NCBI GenBank assembly: GCA_903813345.2
Contig: CAIIXF020000001.1
Coordinates: forward strand, 5,270,001-5,334,000
Source of the DNA: Owenia fusiformis
Taxonomy: Eukaryota
Direction: 5' to 3'
DNA length: 64,000 nucleotides
Shown: positions 1 through 15,400 of the stretch, piece after piece
How the letters are laid out: each line of letters starts with the position of its first letter
Position numbering within the stretch: position 1 is the stretch's first letter
The notes under the pieces: generated by a model
Told to the model about the DNA's origin: nothing
Databases searched by the model: none
What the model saw: only the letters and a program-made list of their open reading frames with translations
Position numbers and translations under genes: made by a program

Positions 1-3000
1 GAGCGTCGGCGCCAGACTGTCTGTAAGCCACCTGTATGGATTGGCTAGTACTACCACCTGTGAGAGACTAATACAACTTATAACGTGGGAGTCAATGTAA
101 ATTGGGCTAAATTCCAAAAGACAACTAGTAAGACTCCGCCCCCTATTATAATACCTAATTTAAATGTTAAAAGAAACAATATGGTTAACTGTATTAAACC
201 GGTAACATAAATATATGATTTACCGATTGCACGTTTCCCTGTTCTATCTTTGAGTGTTGTCGACGTGGAAGTCATGAAAACAAAAATTTATTTAATGCAA
301 ATACGACTCAGGAATCCAGTTTCTTGATTGAATATCATATCCTCGAAAAAATATGAAGTAGGCATAGCTTATTAAAAACCTAGAATTCATAATATAGCAT
401 GTTTTTCCAGATTCATATTGAAAATTTGCGGCAAACATTGAGCTGGGAATAAATGTTTTGGTTCGTGGGTTTCGACATGTTTTCAGGATGGCTAGTTCTT
501 TTGAATGCATCGGAATTTTGCCACACCAACCACTGGCTCCAGTAGTCTGCGTTTCACCCATTTTCCCTCCCCCTTTAATCATATGTAAATATACAATGCA
601 TTCTTATCTTTATTAGTACCGAATCAACTGAGCAATAACTTACATATCTAACTTTTCACACGGCATTAATACAGATTGGTAATTATATTAGTGACACAGT
701 GTAACTACATGTATAGTTGATTTTTCGCACTTAGCCTACAGTTTTTTCAAGCTATGCACAGGGTTTATCCGTAATTAACAACATATGATGCAGAACGAGG
801 TGAATGTCATATTTGGGACGTTATTAGGTTCTGATGACAGATTCTGATTCACCTTCAGCTGTGCATCTTTTCTCAGATCACCACAGTTCCCGACTGTTTG
901 CGCCATGTGAAGGCTAAAATTGCTCCATGGATAAGTTCTTCCGTAGAAGTCCTTCTTTGATCGCGCAAGGCTACATTCATAAGCAGTCTGGATATAGTAA
1001 TTGTTGCATATTATAAAGTGTCATTACAAAGGTTTGAATGTATAGCTCTTGTTTATACATGGGCACTTGTTTAAATTCGAGGCGACAGTGAGTCTACATC
1101 CCACCTGGCCGCTTAACATAGGCTATCAATGCGACTTACATACACTATTATAAACATAAAATACTTGAACCAAGCCACAAATCCTATTACAATCTTATAC
1201 ACGTTTAAGGCCGAGTTGATTTAAGATTAAATATCAAAGTGTATCATTTACCTGAAACATTATCCATATGTATTATACATATATGAAATTTACCAAACTG
1301 GTGTGTTACTAACTCCTGGCCCTGAACGTGAATATGACGGAATCCTATAGAGATTAGAGACGAGTAATGTTTTGACTTAATCAGTAATAAATTGAACTTT
1401 TAACAGATTTTTGTGTGTATTTTTTTACCCATTGATTTACAATAGTAATGCGCTTTTTGATTTTTAGCTAAAACTTATATACGTGTAAGTTACTCATATT
1501 CAAAGAAAAACAGATTGTCTTCATGAACAGTTATTCGACTATCGTTGATAAGTACGAGCGCAATTTGCGATCAGTATTTGTTTACAGACTTCCACAGTAA
1601 CTGTAACATGTCAATGTTTGGCAATTTTGAGTGACACAATTGTAAGGTTCAATCTAAATTCACGCATTTTTAACCACAGATTGAGAAGCTAATTGCTCTT
1701 TTAACTGGACTTGAAGTGACAAACTTTTGAAAAAAGTGTTACCTTGTACCTTCTAGCTTAAAACCTTAATTACCTCTATTGCCTCCCTTAATCCATTTAT
1801 TCGCAAAACAAAATATTAACATGATCCACTAAAGTTTGATATTCGTGAAAATGGAGAGCAAATACACTGGAACAATAAAGTACTAATCTCTAAGACGATA
1901 TCGAGTGGAGTGCATCTGAAAACTAAAACATTTTGGGTTGATTTTTCCTCGAAAATATGATGGACACCCGATATTTCAAAACATATTTTTGATTTGATGC
2001 AACTATTTTGTTCTAGGGCGTAGCCAGGGGGTGCGATGGGTGACCCCCCCCCCTCCCCCATAACCAATAAAAATGGGTCCATTAGAAAGAAGAAAGGAGC
2101 TTTTAAAATGCTTTTTATTTGAAGTTTCTAGGTCAATTTTAAAGGAAGTTACATCAATTTTTGTAAAATTCAAAGCAAATCTTTTGACTCGTTTATGCCA
2201 CGATCGCTAAGGTGTACTATTTGGGATTGGTGGATTATAGTGAAGCCACATATTGCCAATAAATAATTACCTGAACATGTCCGTCAGACAATTTTCTTCT
2301 AGGGGTGCGGTTTTTACCATAAAAATCATAGGCTAAGGTCGATAGAAATAATTTTTAAATAAAGATGGAATGGTAATCGATCAGTTTTTATTTATAAATA
2401 TTCTCTTAGTTGGTGCTGCCATCTTTCTATCGGTCCAGAACCTATGATAAAAATGAAACTGGTCGAATTTTGCCGCCTAAATCGACGGCAGATGTGGTCA
2501 GATGGTTGAGGGAGGGTGGTTCGGTTACCTCCTAAAGTAGGGAAACCCAACCTATTTTGTCATACTTTAGTTCGTTTTATATTTTGTTAGTCACGTGAGC
2601 AAGTCGGAGAAACATTAGAATATGGGAGGGTGTGCTAGAAGGGCTCTCGGCATAAACCTCTTTGAACAAATGTCTCTGTATACTGTATACTTTGAAGATC
2701 ATAGAATAAGGTCCTGGCGCTCAAAACTGCACTTAGTCTAGCGACAAGCCAGAGGCTAAGGTCGATAGAAATCATTTTTAAATAAAGATGGCATGGTAAT
2801 CGATCAGAGAAAAAGAGTACTGGATTCCTACTCACCTCCCCACTGTGTGAGATTTGTGTACTCAAATAGGGGGACCACAGGGTTTTGGTGTAATACTGCC
2901 ATCTTTACATAAACCTCAGCATTCGTTTCAACGTCATGATGTGAATGTCGTCCGGTGTTACAGGTTTAAGTGTCCCCAGGGGTCAGTGTCCGACAAATCT

Positions 3001-3462
3001 GAGAGTCTCACCAGTTATAACTGTCTCCCCATGATCCTCGTAAATATAGTCTCAATGGCCCTACAACGGACAGCCAGCTTGGGGGTGAAATCTGAATGAA
3101 ATCAGGCTATTACACCGGCAATCAGGATCATTGAGCAAAAGAGTTTGTATTTAATCTTATCTACGAAAACAATGCCTTTCATATAAAGTTTCAGGCCTCC
3201 TAGACTTCCAACAACGCGAACATCAGTTCTGAACTTCTGATACCGCGAGCATATTTCTCGACCCGCGTACAGAGATCCGAAACAAGTTTCTATGCCGCTG
3301 TGTAGTTGACATGTTTTAATGGTTTTTCATATACCTTTTGAAATCTCCATTGGTGTCATCTACTCGAATAGTGTATTTTTCTATATTATATTATATTATT
3401 TCTTTGATATTAGTTGTGTGTCATTATTGAAGTTTTTTCGTCTTAAATTGATTGAATATATT

Positions 3463-4049
3463 GGGCTTTGTATAAAAAACCTCCTACCTCATACCCACCT
3501 ACCCATGCCTACGTGGGACATGATACAGTCTTTGAAAGGTTCAATTTTAAATATTATAAAATCTTAGTTTATGATGACTTATAGATGAATTAATGCGCCC
3601 ATATGCCTTTATTTATGGATTTGTCATCTGTCTAGTCATAAAATGAAGCCAGAATTTCAGAAGCCTTAATAATTTGAGCTATTTTGATTTCATGTCTGCT
3701 TTTAATTTTTCGAAATGATTTTTGATGACCGGAGAGTCTGGCTTTGTATAAAAAAAACTCGTACCAACGTTCGTGGGTCTTGACACAGTCTTTGAAAGTG
3801 AAGTTTTAATTTTGTCAATTGTATCTCCCAGAACTCCTTAACATTTTTGCAATTCCGGCTTTATTTTATGACTAGACAGTTGACAAATACATCTAGATAA
3901 ATAAAAGGCATATGGGTGCATTAATTCATCTATAATTCAACATAAACTAAGATTTAATAATCTGTAAAACTGAACCCTTCAAAGACTGTGTCATGTCCCA
4001 CGTACGTGAGTAGGTGGGTGCGAAGTAGGAGTTTTTTTATACAAACCCC
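3463..4049. mobile_element. PIF/Harbinger-like MITE with long TIRs
   Basis: GGGCTTTGTATAAAAAAC...GTTTTTTTATACAAACCCC with about 200-bp inverted arms. A second left end lies inside it at about 3740; related elements at about 13266-13499 and 54346-54734. Confidence 0.8.
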
Positions 4050-4179
4050 TTATATCCCGATCGTGTAACAGACCTTCTCCCTTACATATGAGTCACGGTA
4101 GCGGTCCCAGATGTTTCTAACTCTTGGGTTGTGGACCATGATATGTTCTTCATCATCAGCCTTGTGATGATATTGAAGG

Positions 4180-5190
4180 GGGGTTGGGGTGGTTGTAGTT
4201 CAAGTAGAGTTGAGTTGAGTCATGGGCTTTCAATTATATCGGTATCAACGGTTCTTTTTGGTTTATTGGTTGTGCCTGATTGTGTTTTGATGGGTTGATT
4301 AAATCGATTAGTATTTAGTTGAGCCTTGTTGTGTAATGGTGGATTACTGTCAGGTAGGTACCGTGGTATAGGTTTTGACGAATTGTGTTGTGTCAGTTTG
4401 AGAGTGGGTTGTCTTTTGATGGTTATTAGCCGGTCTGGTGATTTAATATCGGGTTGTGCCCCATTGTGAATTATGTTAATTTTATAATGGGTTGTGTTCT
4501 CTTGTGAATATGTTATGTTGGTTAGGTAGCCGGTTGTGGCTAGTCGGGTGAGGTATCTGGTTGTGTCTGATTGTGTTGTGTGATTGGCGTTGTCTCCAAT
4601 TTGGAGTAAATTAGTTGTATATATTGGTATTACAGTTTGATTGTGTTTTTTGCTTGTGCCTGATTTTGTTTTGATTGTTTGGTTTTGGGTTTTGGAAAAT
4701 TGTGTTGTGTTACTTGAACAATGGGTTGTGTTTGCTTTTGTTTACCATTGGGTTGTGCCAAATTGTGTCCAGGTGATAATTTCACAATTCGTTGTGTTTT
4801 CGTGGTTGTTAGTTTAGTTGTGTTGTGTTGTGCACAATTGTGTTGAGTTAATTCAACAATTGGTTGTGTTTGCCTTTGTTGTATTATCATTGGGTTGTGA
4901 CATATTGTGTTAATTTGACAGTTGGTTGAGTTTTGGTGGTTGTAAGTCAGGTTGCGCTATGCTGGGTTTGGTGCTGGGTTATGCTCTATTTCGTTCTGTG
5001 TATGTTATCACTGGGTTATATTCTATTGCTCTGTTGTATGATTGGTGATCTAGGTTGTGTTTGGTTGTAATAGGCTATATAGGTCGTGTTACGGGCTGCG
5101 CCCGATCAGGTTGTGGTGTATTATTGGGTTAAGATACAAACAGCCGGTTTAGGCTATTGTCCTGTATTATGTTGTTGGTACATCAGTTGA
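4180..5190. repeat. Degenerate GT-rich (TTGTG/GGTTG-type) low-complexity repeat
   Basis: About 1 kb of strongly G/T-skewed pentamer-like motifs; explains the spurious Q/T/N/K-rich ORF 4630-4890. Confidence 0.75.
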
Positions 5191-5270
5191 TTCTGGGTAG
5201 AATGAAAGGGTATATTAATATGTTTGTACACATTAGTATGCTATAGGTTTGGTACCTACACGTACATGCA

Positions 5271-5750
5271 TGTATCTCATACTTGAGTGGGTTTGGGGTA
5301 GATATCACCCGGGAATATATATCGTATCTGAGGAGCGGGCAGGATATATTGTATATGTCCCGTTCCAGGCCAAATGCGGGTAGATATAATATATCCATCC
5401 CGCTCCCGGGAATTTTTCAAAAGTTTAAAAAAGTTTAAATATCAAAAGTTTTAATTTTAAAATTTAATTTTTTTAAGTTTAATGTTACAATTTCATTGTA
5501 TTGAACAAAAAGAATATTACGAAAATGTTAAATTTAAATATCTTGTCATTTGAAAAAGGTGGAAAGGGGTATATCAACCCTAAACCCACTCAAGTATGAG
5601 ATACACCAGTTATGCACGGTCGGTTTGGATACATGGAATATCCCTTGGGATATACAATACATCTTCCCTAGGTCCCTTCGGTCCCTCGGGAAGATATATT
5701 GTATATCCCTCGGGATATTCCCTGTATCCAAAACCTCCCAGTGCATAACC
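5271..5750. repeat. Adjacent and nested hairpin elements
   Basis: TGTATCTCATACTTGAGTGGGTTT (5271) / AAACCCACTCAAGTATGAGATACA (to about 5605), followed by a GTTATGCAC...GTGCATAAC hairpin at about 5609-5749. Confidence 0.7.
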
Positions 5751-7521
5751 CCTATATATGCAATCTCTTGTGTGAGATATTCAACCGGTATGATGGGCGT
5801 TAGCTTTGCGTCGTTCTCTGATGAGGGAGTCTCATGTTGTTCAATGAATCCAAGAAAAACAATGCTAATTTATCTTTTTACATAATATATTTTTGTTGAT
5901 TTTTCATAAAAAAACAGGGGAGATATACTTTTATTGCATAAATTATATATTTGTGTCACTTTTTATGATCAAATATGTTACTTTGCTTCCATCAAGTCGA
6001 TATTTTTATTTATCTGATCTTGAATTATTACCAAAATATACAGCTGCAATAACATGAAATTAAAGGTCCATGTGAAATATGGCAAGTGATTTGCCATCTT
6101 GGGCTTGGGCAAGGCTACGAAGTACGAATGCCTATATGGTTTATTATGTCTAAGAAACTATTTATTGGAATCACTCCATAATAAACCTTGTGCATATGCT
6201 TAAGATAGAATATTCTTCTTTTGAGTGAAATAAAAAATATGCCATATGAGTAAATAGGTGTTGCAATAGATGTCAACTATTTGCTGGATGGATTTCACTC
6301 ACGCTTCACTTATACCATTTGTTAAGATTGCGTATGCTCCTTTGGAACTAATTATAGCATTGATACTTATAATGACATATTTAAAAAGATAATGAGGTCA
6401 AAGGGGATATGATGATATTACGCCAAGCGTGCATGTTTTCATGTAAGTCAAAACGCACTTGCTGCATTCTTAATATTCTCAGGAAAAAACAAGTAAACGC
6501 AAATGTGCACACTAATTTCGAATATCAAATATTATTTTTACCGAAAACAGCAATGTTTACGCTGAAGGTCGGCTATATATTCCTGTATAGCCGCCAAACT
6601 TTTTGCCATGACATTCGGTCGCAAGCTGGGGCTATATTGATGACAGACCTCAGACATATGTTCGATGATAGGGACACAATGGAGACATTGGTATATGTCT
6701 GCCTAGGGGAGGGGCATGCTTTCGGGACACCCTGTATAATATACACTGCTACTGTTTAAATGAAGATCAACAACAGAAGCACGGAACAACTTTGTTCGTT
6801 GGGTTAATAAGCAAAAGTCAGCAGAAGTGAAAATGTATAACAGACAATTTTGATAGCGAGGTAAAAAGGTCATCAGTTTTCATATCAAGAAACATCCTTG
6901 GAAAGTTAAGACCAATTTATCATACACTAGTAAGTGCAGACAAGAAAAGTTAGATGCCAACTCCTAACTATCATACATCAAGCCCGACACCAAGCTGACA
7001 ATATCGTACCTTTTTGGGTGTGATAAAAAATTATTAATAACAAAAGAATAGTGCAGTTTTGCTTTCTTTTATATTGTCAAATATCTGTACTATTACAGTA
7101 AGAGAAATGACACATACACACTAAACATTGAATAAAATGCACATTCAAACACTTTTAACTTGTTATCTATACAATATGGTACAATATTTACAGAAATCTG
7201 TTTATAAAGCCTTTTCACAACGTTTAACATAGTCAGTCACTGAACCTAACTAAATATAGAAAAATAAACATGTACTGTATCTTTGCTAATCACTACAATT
7301 ATCCACGTGCAGAGTCGGGTTATAAAACTCTCTTTTAAAGGCGAAGTCGAACGAGTGCAAAGGGTAACCACTAATAATACCCTCTGTAAAGAAAATGTGT
7401 ATAATAATTTATCAATCATATTTTTTCAATATTTTGTATAATTTCACTGAACTCCTTTAGGCATATGGTGTACATGTAAATATCGTAAATTACTGTTGAA
7501 AATCTTGACAAATTAGAAGAA

Positions 7522-8221
7522 AAGGATGGGTATTAAAATGGTGAACTTTTTGAACACATGTTTCTGTTATAAAAGAATTCTGAAAATTTTACACATCGTC
7601 AATTTAATGGGTATCTTTTGAATGGTAACAATATAGTTTGAAATAAATATATATATATTTCTCTTAATTGTTTTAGAAAACACCTCGGCCACTCATTTTG
7701 TTCTTGGTATCATCTTTTCGGAATGGAATGAAACATCTATCCGAACCTCATTGGAACAAAATGACATAAACACCATGTGTTTATGTCTCTCAATTTTATA
7801 ATATTGTACAAAGGAAAGTTTGGTTGATTTAAGAAAAGTATCTTATTAATGAAATAAAAGGTTTATCTAATCTTTATCTCTTTTTGTTTTGATATTTTGA
7901 ATACTTTTTGTTAAATCAACCAAAATTTCCTTTGTATAACTATAATAATGAGAGGTCTTAGAAAATTTTGTACATGCTATTTTGTTCCAATTTTATTTAT
8001 TTCTCAAGAATTGGTAGAAAGGAACAAAAAGCAATTGCACTAAAAAACAAAAAATGTTAACAGAAACAGTTATATAAATTATATATAAATAATTTTCGCA
8101 TTTAATTGTTGTCAATCAGTCAAAATTACATAAAGGACTGTGTTTTTTACAGAGTGTTTGCAATAATTGGTTTAAGAGAAAAACATTGTTGAATTCAGTT
8201 CACCATATTGATACCAATCCT
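7522..8221. mobile_element. Kolobok-like non-autonomous element
   Basis: AGGATGGGTATT...TGGTGAAC / GTTCACCA...ATACCAATCCT|TTAA. A related copy lies at about 19490-20070 and an end fragment at about 25985-26025. Confidence 0.65.
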
Positions 8222-9480
8222 TTAAAAAAGTTAGCAATGGTTAAAAACATTATCTCACAAACTCACTAATGTGACTTTTTTCATAAATTACAATTTGCCA
8301 TTTTGCACTGTAATACATTTTCCTCTATAGCTAGGATATAATTTTCTATATATCGAATTTTTCATACCATTGTAAAGCCTGTCTTAAACTGTTCATGACT
8401 GAGGGGTTTGAAATAAACATTATAACACATTGACAGAATGTTATCTTAGTGCCCAAACCCATCTAAAACATGATTTTAAGCCGATTTTGAAATTTTGCGG
8501 CTATTATATTTCGCTAATTTCATGCTTCTTTGAAATTTCACGGCTATTAGTTTTAGCAGATTTGTGACCTAATTTGTCATGCTTCTCTTTCTAAGTTGGC
8601 ATTTTCCTTAAAAAAACATCATTTCCCTTTCAATATCAGCCATGCTTTTCCCTTCACCCTAAGATTTTGGCTTCGTTTTGAGCCATTTTGTGAATGTTCA
8701 TTTCAAATATGATCAAAACTCGCAAAATATAGAAGCACGTGAAAATTACCAGGAGTACTTAAACTCTCTATCTCAAATGTAATAATTTAAATCGTGATAT
8801 ACATCCTTGTGCCTAATGCTGAAAATTTATCTGTTTCATTCATTATTGAGATTTAAATAAATCAAACAATCAGCGATCCTATATTTTTCATCCTGAAAGC
8901 CCAACAGTAATCAGTTGAAGTGACAGAGAGAAAATCTAATATGGCCACCTTAAAAATTACTCCAAAAACCAAACAGTTGTTGATTTACATATAAAAAATA
9001 ATCCTAATAAAAAATTCAGATTAATCCATCAAACTGTTTGTACAAATTATACAAAGCTGTAATATCCCTGTGAAGGAACTCAAACTGGTAGTTATGATGA
9101 CAGAACCATTTGTTGAACAAAATAGAAACAGGCCTGATATGATTTTTCTTCTTGATTCCCAAAGTGTGCCAAGTTTAAAGTTCATGCCAGTTAACTAACT
9201 CTTATAACATTCAAGCCTGTTCTCCCCACAAAAAACCATCAGTCGTATGGAAAGAAAGATTGGAAGATCACAGACTTGAATCCTTTCTGAATTTTATTTT
9301 TATTGCATAGTGCTACTTGTATCATGCACATAACATGCTGAGATTTATATCATTGGGGATGCTGGTATGTCAATATTTTGCACTTTTCTTGTTCTCTGGT
9401 TCTAGCATATATAGCTGGTAGTTTGGTTGTAGATTGAATGATTCTTGTGTTTGAGCATATTATCTAGCCTTGTGTAAATG

Positions 9481-12400
9481 TCACACAATACAATCCCTTG
9501 CTCTGAGAGACCACACACTAGACCTGCGTATACCAGTTGTTGGACGCGCTATACTTGAGAATGGAAATTTATTGATCTCTATGTTTTTCAAGTTCTGCTT
9601 TAATGTCTTTATGGAAGAGTCCTTCATCATACCGAACACATCGAATGCTAGTAGAGTATGCACTCCACCAAGAAGCCTGGAAATAGAAATAAAACAAAGT
9701 AATGCACAAAAATTCTGAAGTGACTTAAACATTCATTCAACTTTAAAAGTTCCATTTAAGAAGTAGAGACAAGTTTAATAGTGGGTCATAAGAGAATGGC
9801 AAGAATGTTTCTAAAGAAATTATGCATCAATATTTTTATTTTATTATTATCTTTCACAACGTGAAAACAAACTTACAAGTCATGTTGAAATATATTTGTT
9901 TATTTCAATACTGCAGGCTATGTTTTAAACATTAACATTTATTTTACAACACAGAATTGATTTATTATTCGTGTATTGTGGTGGCAAATCGCAAAAATAT
10001 GAATATGCGAATATAATCAAATGTACAAATCAGCGAAAATTGCTCCCGCAAATTAAAAGTGTTTTACAGTATTTCAAAATGGTGAACAGAAGCAGATGTA
10101 AAGTCAAAACTTTTCAAGTGATTTGTGTAGAGATTTTTGAGAAATTGCTTGACTGTATGGACAAATAGACATACAGATGGGGAAAATAACTAGACAACAG
10201 CAACGCCAAAGTGTAGCAAATCCCATTGAACAGCCATGGCTGGCATTTTTACAAACAAAGTATATAGCAAAAATGCAAGCCATTTTTCAAAATGGCCACC
10301 TTCTATCAAAAGTGTTATTAGACAGTGTGCCATGTGTATAGTATTCACATACCAAATATGAACAAAATCGCTCCACTATTTTCCGAATCATAAAATGGTG
10401 GCCATTTTTCAAAATGGCCACCTTCTACAAAAAGTGTCATTAGACAGTGTGCCATGCTTATAGTATTCACATACCAAATATGAACAAAATCGCTACACTA
10501 CTTTTCGAGTCCGGACAGACAGACGGATGGAGGCGTTCCCTATATCCCTCCAAACTTCCTTCTATGGGATAATAAAATGGTAGCACAACTTACATGAATG
10601 ATGACAGGGCAACATTATAACATCGACTCAGGGCAAGGTACTCTAAACCATGCAGATATTTCACTGCATGTTCCACAGTGGCCTGTGTTAGTACAGTTGC
10701 ATCACTAAGGTCTAGTTCCTTCAGATGAGGCAGTCTTCGACATAAGTGGAGTACATCTGCAAAAATATTATAGACTTTCATACCAATACACACCAGAATA
10801 GCCTGACAACGGTAAAGTCAAATACCGTTGTCACAAATGGCAGACATAACCGTCGCTTCAACTCTTTAATCACTTGGTCTTCGTTTCATTGGACTTTATT
10901 GTCGCTAATTCTGTGCATGTGTTAAGCTCGTGTGATGATGTATTATATGAAATCCCAATTTCTATCAAATGGGGTCGTGAATCACCACAATATAGCATAT
11001 TCGATATCGTCAATGACAATGGAATCTGAATTTGAAATAACTTACAACGACATATGGTAAGATGTGACAACGGACTATGGTGGATGTATTGCATTGGAAC
11101 ATAGGAAAATGACAATGGTAAATAGACACTTTACCGTTGGATTCCAAGGCTTACCTTCATCATTGAGGAGTTCCTTGCATCCACTGATATTGAGCTTGGT
11201 AACTCTGGGTGGCAAACATACAGCTACCAACTGGATGGTGTCTCTATCTAACTCAGTCCATGCAAGGTTCAATGACTCTAAGCTGAAATTATCAAACATA
11301 TCAATTCATTGTATATTCAAAGAAATACAAATGAGAAATACTGGGGTAACATTTTCACTTCAATTAAAGTAATATCAAGATACTTATACGTACGCTAAGC
11401 AGTTTGATATGATGGCATCAAGACCGGCTGATGTTATGCCGCTACACATGGCTAAGTTCAGGGTGTCCAACCCCATATTCTCACCAATTGACCTGAAACA
11501 TTTATCAAAAATCTAAATTGTCATTAGACGTGTAATATGGTTTCAAGAAATCACATGTGAAATATTAACAAGATCAGTCCACTACTTTTCCATCTAAAGC
11601 AAAAATGTAAAATAACACATATAAAAACTGCAGCATTTAATGAAATGGCTGCCTATTAGACAATTGTATATGTTATCCCTAAAATACTGTAAAATTAACA
11701 CTATAGCAGCCATATTGAAACCAGTGGTCATTTTGAAAATCGGCTTATGAGCAGAACTTATATCTGCATGGAGCAGAACTTGTAATCACATGGGGCATAC
11801 AACATGTATGAAATATTAATGATAATGGGCAAACCGTTTTTGAGTTATTGCCCAGATAGATGGATGTAAGTATCACAGTATGTATGGACGGACAGAGCTA
11901 TTCTCTATATCCCTGACCTGAACTTCATTGGATGGGATAACTAAGTAAAATTGTCCGCACCAAATATTTAATTCAGACTTTTATAAAACAAGTTTTTTAT
12001 TTAATGGACTCAATAGGTTAAGTGGGACGTGGGTTAAGTTTAAAGTGTGAAGGTTCAGATGATTTAATTTGACAGGAAAAATGTAAATCTATTTGAACTG
12101 AGAATGAACCTACTGCAAGATCTCTAGATTAAGTGGACAGTGTTCAAGACTCAGTTTCTTCAACTGTTGACAGCTTTCAAAGATTTCTTCTAATGTTGAT
12201 GATGTCACTACAGCCATAGAGAGGTCTAAGTATTGCACACGTGACATGCTGTAAGAGAACAAATTCACAATCCTACAATCATTATATTAATTTCAATGTT
12301 TTTTTAATCTAGTGTTCATCCAAAAACAAACAAACCAGCTCACAAAGTAAATACAGTAGATTCATGTTACAAATATTCCATAGTGACTAAGACTCTAATG

Positions 12401-15400
12401 AATTAGTTAGCAAAACTCTATTAATTTCAGACTAGTAAATTAATAACTTACCAAGATGAGTGTAAACTAGTAGACAAATCTGTAAACACTGGAGACAGCA
12501 CCTGAATATAACATGGAATTAATTATGCTAATAACATCTAGGATCAAACTAATAATAAACTGCAGCAGATAAATGGGAGATTGTACCTGCAATCTACATA
12601 AAGGTCTGAGAGAAAATGGATATTTGTATATCCAAGGTATTTTGACTTAAGTTTAACACAGGAGTGTAAATGAACTGAACAATATATTTTGTCTATGCTT
12701 TGTCATTTGATCAGTGTTGAAATTGATAGACTAATAATTCCAAAATTGTATGTTCACATTAAAATAAGCTATGGGATCAGAGCAAAATTAAACAAAACAC
12801 ACAATGATAAATATTCAAGCTTATTAAGCAGAATGTAATCCATTATTGTCTTGAAATAACAATGAGTTGCAGCTTATATCATTTATATGGGGAAAGTCTT
12901 GTAGATTTCTTGCTATTCTAGGTTAATCACAATTTTTTTTGTAAGGTCACAATAATTCATTGTATACTTGTCCCCCCATATATCAATCTTGGTGAAAGAG
13001 GAATGTATAGACAGTTAGACATTGTTAAGTGAATCTTAGAACCTCCTCTCCATACCTCAGCCTTGGCAAGTCTAAGCACCATGACACCTCTATTTAGTAA
13101 ACGTCCCATAACACCCGGCAGGAGCACCTTATTGGCCAAGTCAAGTCTTCTCCACAGAGATTCATCAAAACTAAACAAATGAAAATTGAAAAATAGAGTA
13201 GCAAATCCCACTGAATTAATAATATTTTATCATATCACCCATCATTTTGAACATAACGGGACAGAAAGGTTTGTGTAAAAAACTGGTTGACCGGGTAGGC
13301 CTACCTAACATTCCCAGCAGGGTTAGGAGTTTGATTTTTTCATAATCATACGATCATAATCAATCGTAAAAAAATTCATAAGGATGAATCTTATATTGTT
13401 CTACTGGGTCTCGATCTGCAGATTCAAATGTGGGAGCATTTATATCTGGGAACATTAAGTACCCACTCACCAATCCACCCAGTTTTTTACACAAACCCCT
13501 AAAGTAACTAGGAAGTATTAGAATAGTATTGTTTCTTTTGGGCAAAATCTCAACACCAATAATGTAATATGTCATATTATGAATTCCTGCTTCTGCCTTT
13601 CTCTCTCATCTTTCCTGTCTTTTTATATATCGATTGATAAAACAATGGTATAAGCGGATCTTATTTAGCAGTATGTTGTCTCAAGCCAGGTCCAGTTGAC
13701 CTGTTTGTTACTAAGTTGGAGAATTTTTCCAAATACCCTGTGTCAAGTGGATGCAAATCCAACAATTTATGTATTTAAAGGTGATATTCTTAAGTACTGG
13801 TAATGAGGCAATATTCTGGTGTTGCATCTAGTTTCAAGTGTGTTTTGGGTTGGGGGGGGGGGGGTGTCAGGGTATGAATGTAATACAAGGTAAATTCCAA
13901 TAAGCACCAACCTAAAGCCCTATAATAAGATTTTTCAGCCTTTAGGAAAACTTGACAACAGGCTAGCAATTCAATTTTCAAGTGGGATTGAAGTTATTAC
14001 AGCGTACTAATAATATATACTATTGTTTTTTCTCACTTTTTCTGCAGATTCAAGAGATGTGGCCATCACACTATACTGGTTAACAAGACATGGAAGACAA
14101 GAATTACCTTACAAAGGTTTTTAACTTACGCTAAACGGTTCCACCTTTTGCAAACCCTAGCATTCTTGGCCAGCATGGACTTAGGGATCCACTTAAAAAT
14201 ACTAAGCACCATTTCATCCGAGAGGATGTTAAAAGGACCTGAAAATATATATTAAGGATATGAAAGATAAGGTGAAATAAATCGGTTTCGGATTCTATTA
14301 GATGAAAAAATATAGATTCACCTGATTTTTCAAACTTCATATTTGCACATCTGATGTGATATACCAAATTATCCTACACTTAGTGTGCTAAATGTATAAT
14401 AACATTAAAAAATAAATTTGGCAAAAGAATAACTGGAGGATATCGCCACGATATACTCCGGAAAAGCAATATGCGGAGGATATTGTGACGTTATACACTT
14501 TATAATATCGCACTTTGTGATCACTAAGTTACATTTTTGATCTACAAAGATTACTGCAAATTCCAATAGCATTCCATGTATTTCCAAAACAGATGCAAAA
14601 GAGCTTTAAAATGCTTTTTATTTGAAGCTTCTAGCTCGATTTTGAAGGAAGTTGCATCAATTTTTGTAAAATTCAAAACAATTTTTGCCTTGCTTATGCC
14701 ATGATCACATCCCTGACTGAAAAGCCCCAAAAATTAGGTGATAGCACCCCCTGACTTAACCGAAAAAAATTGGCGACCGCACCCCCTGGCTGAAAGCTGG
14801 CTACACCCCTGCCTGAGATATATACATGGTTAGATCTATGTTGTAATTCTTACACTGTCCATCATTCTCTTCGCATTTGTCCATTGTTGATATCCTCCTG
14901 AGAAAGTCATTATTCAGTTCCACAATTCTTGGAGTACTTGGAGATGGTATGTTCTGTGATGTAGAAAAACTTGGTGCTCCAGGTACCCTAGGAGCCTGAA
15001 ATAGGAGGAATTCAAATGTAGGTTTCTGCATGTGTACATGTGAATCGCTGTAACATTTTCTTGCCATTTTCATGTTTAATCCTTGCTTATTTACAACTCA
15101 CTCCTACTTGTTGTTATATCCTTTGCTGGTAATGGATGATTGTATACATAAAACATGAAACTACATGTATGGGTATGTTATAATAACTAATTATAGATCA
15201 GTTTGAGAAATAGTGTAAATAACAATGCTAATTTACTAAATTTATGCAACCAATATTGTAAGTAGCAGCACTTCAGCTTCCTGATTGTTTTAAATATCAG
15301 GTCATTGTTTACCTGGAGGCATAAAAATACTGTGTGATGAAGACTGTATTTTTGTATGCCCTAGGTGCTAGTAAATTGCGTGATATTTTAATGAGGTTTC

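Noticed and set aside
2830-3310. GC-richer stretch with an 81-aa ORF, possibly a decayed coding or retroelement fragment
   Set aside because: No recognisable motif in the frames I examined and no consistent splice sites.
4630-4890. Q/T/N/K-rich ORF
   Set aside because: Translation of a low-complexity repeat.
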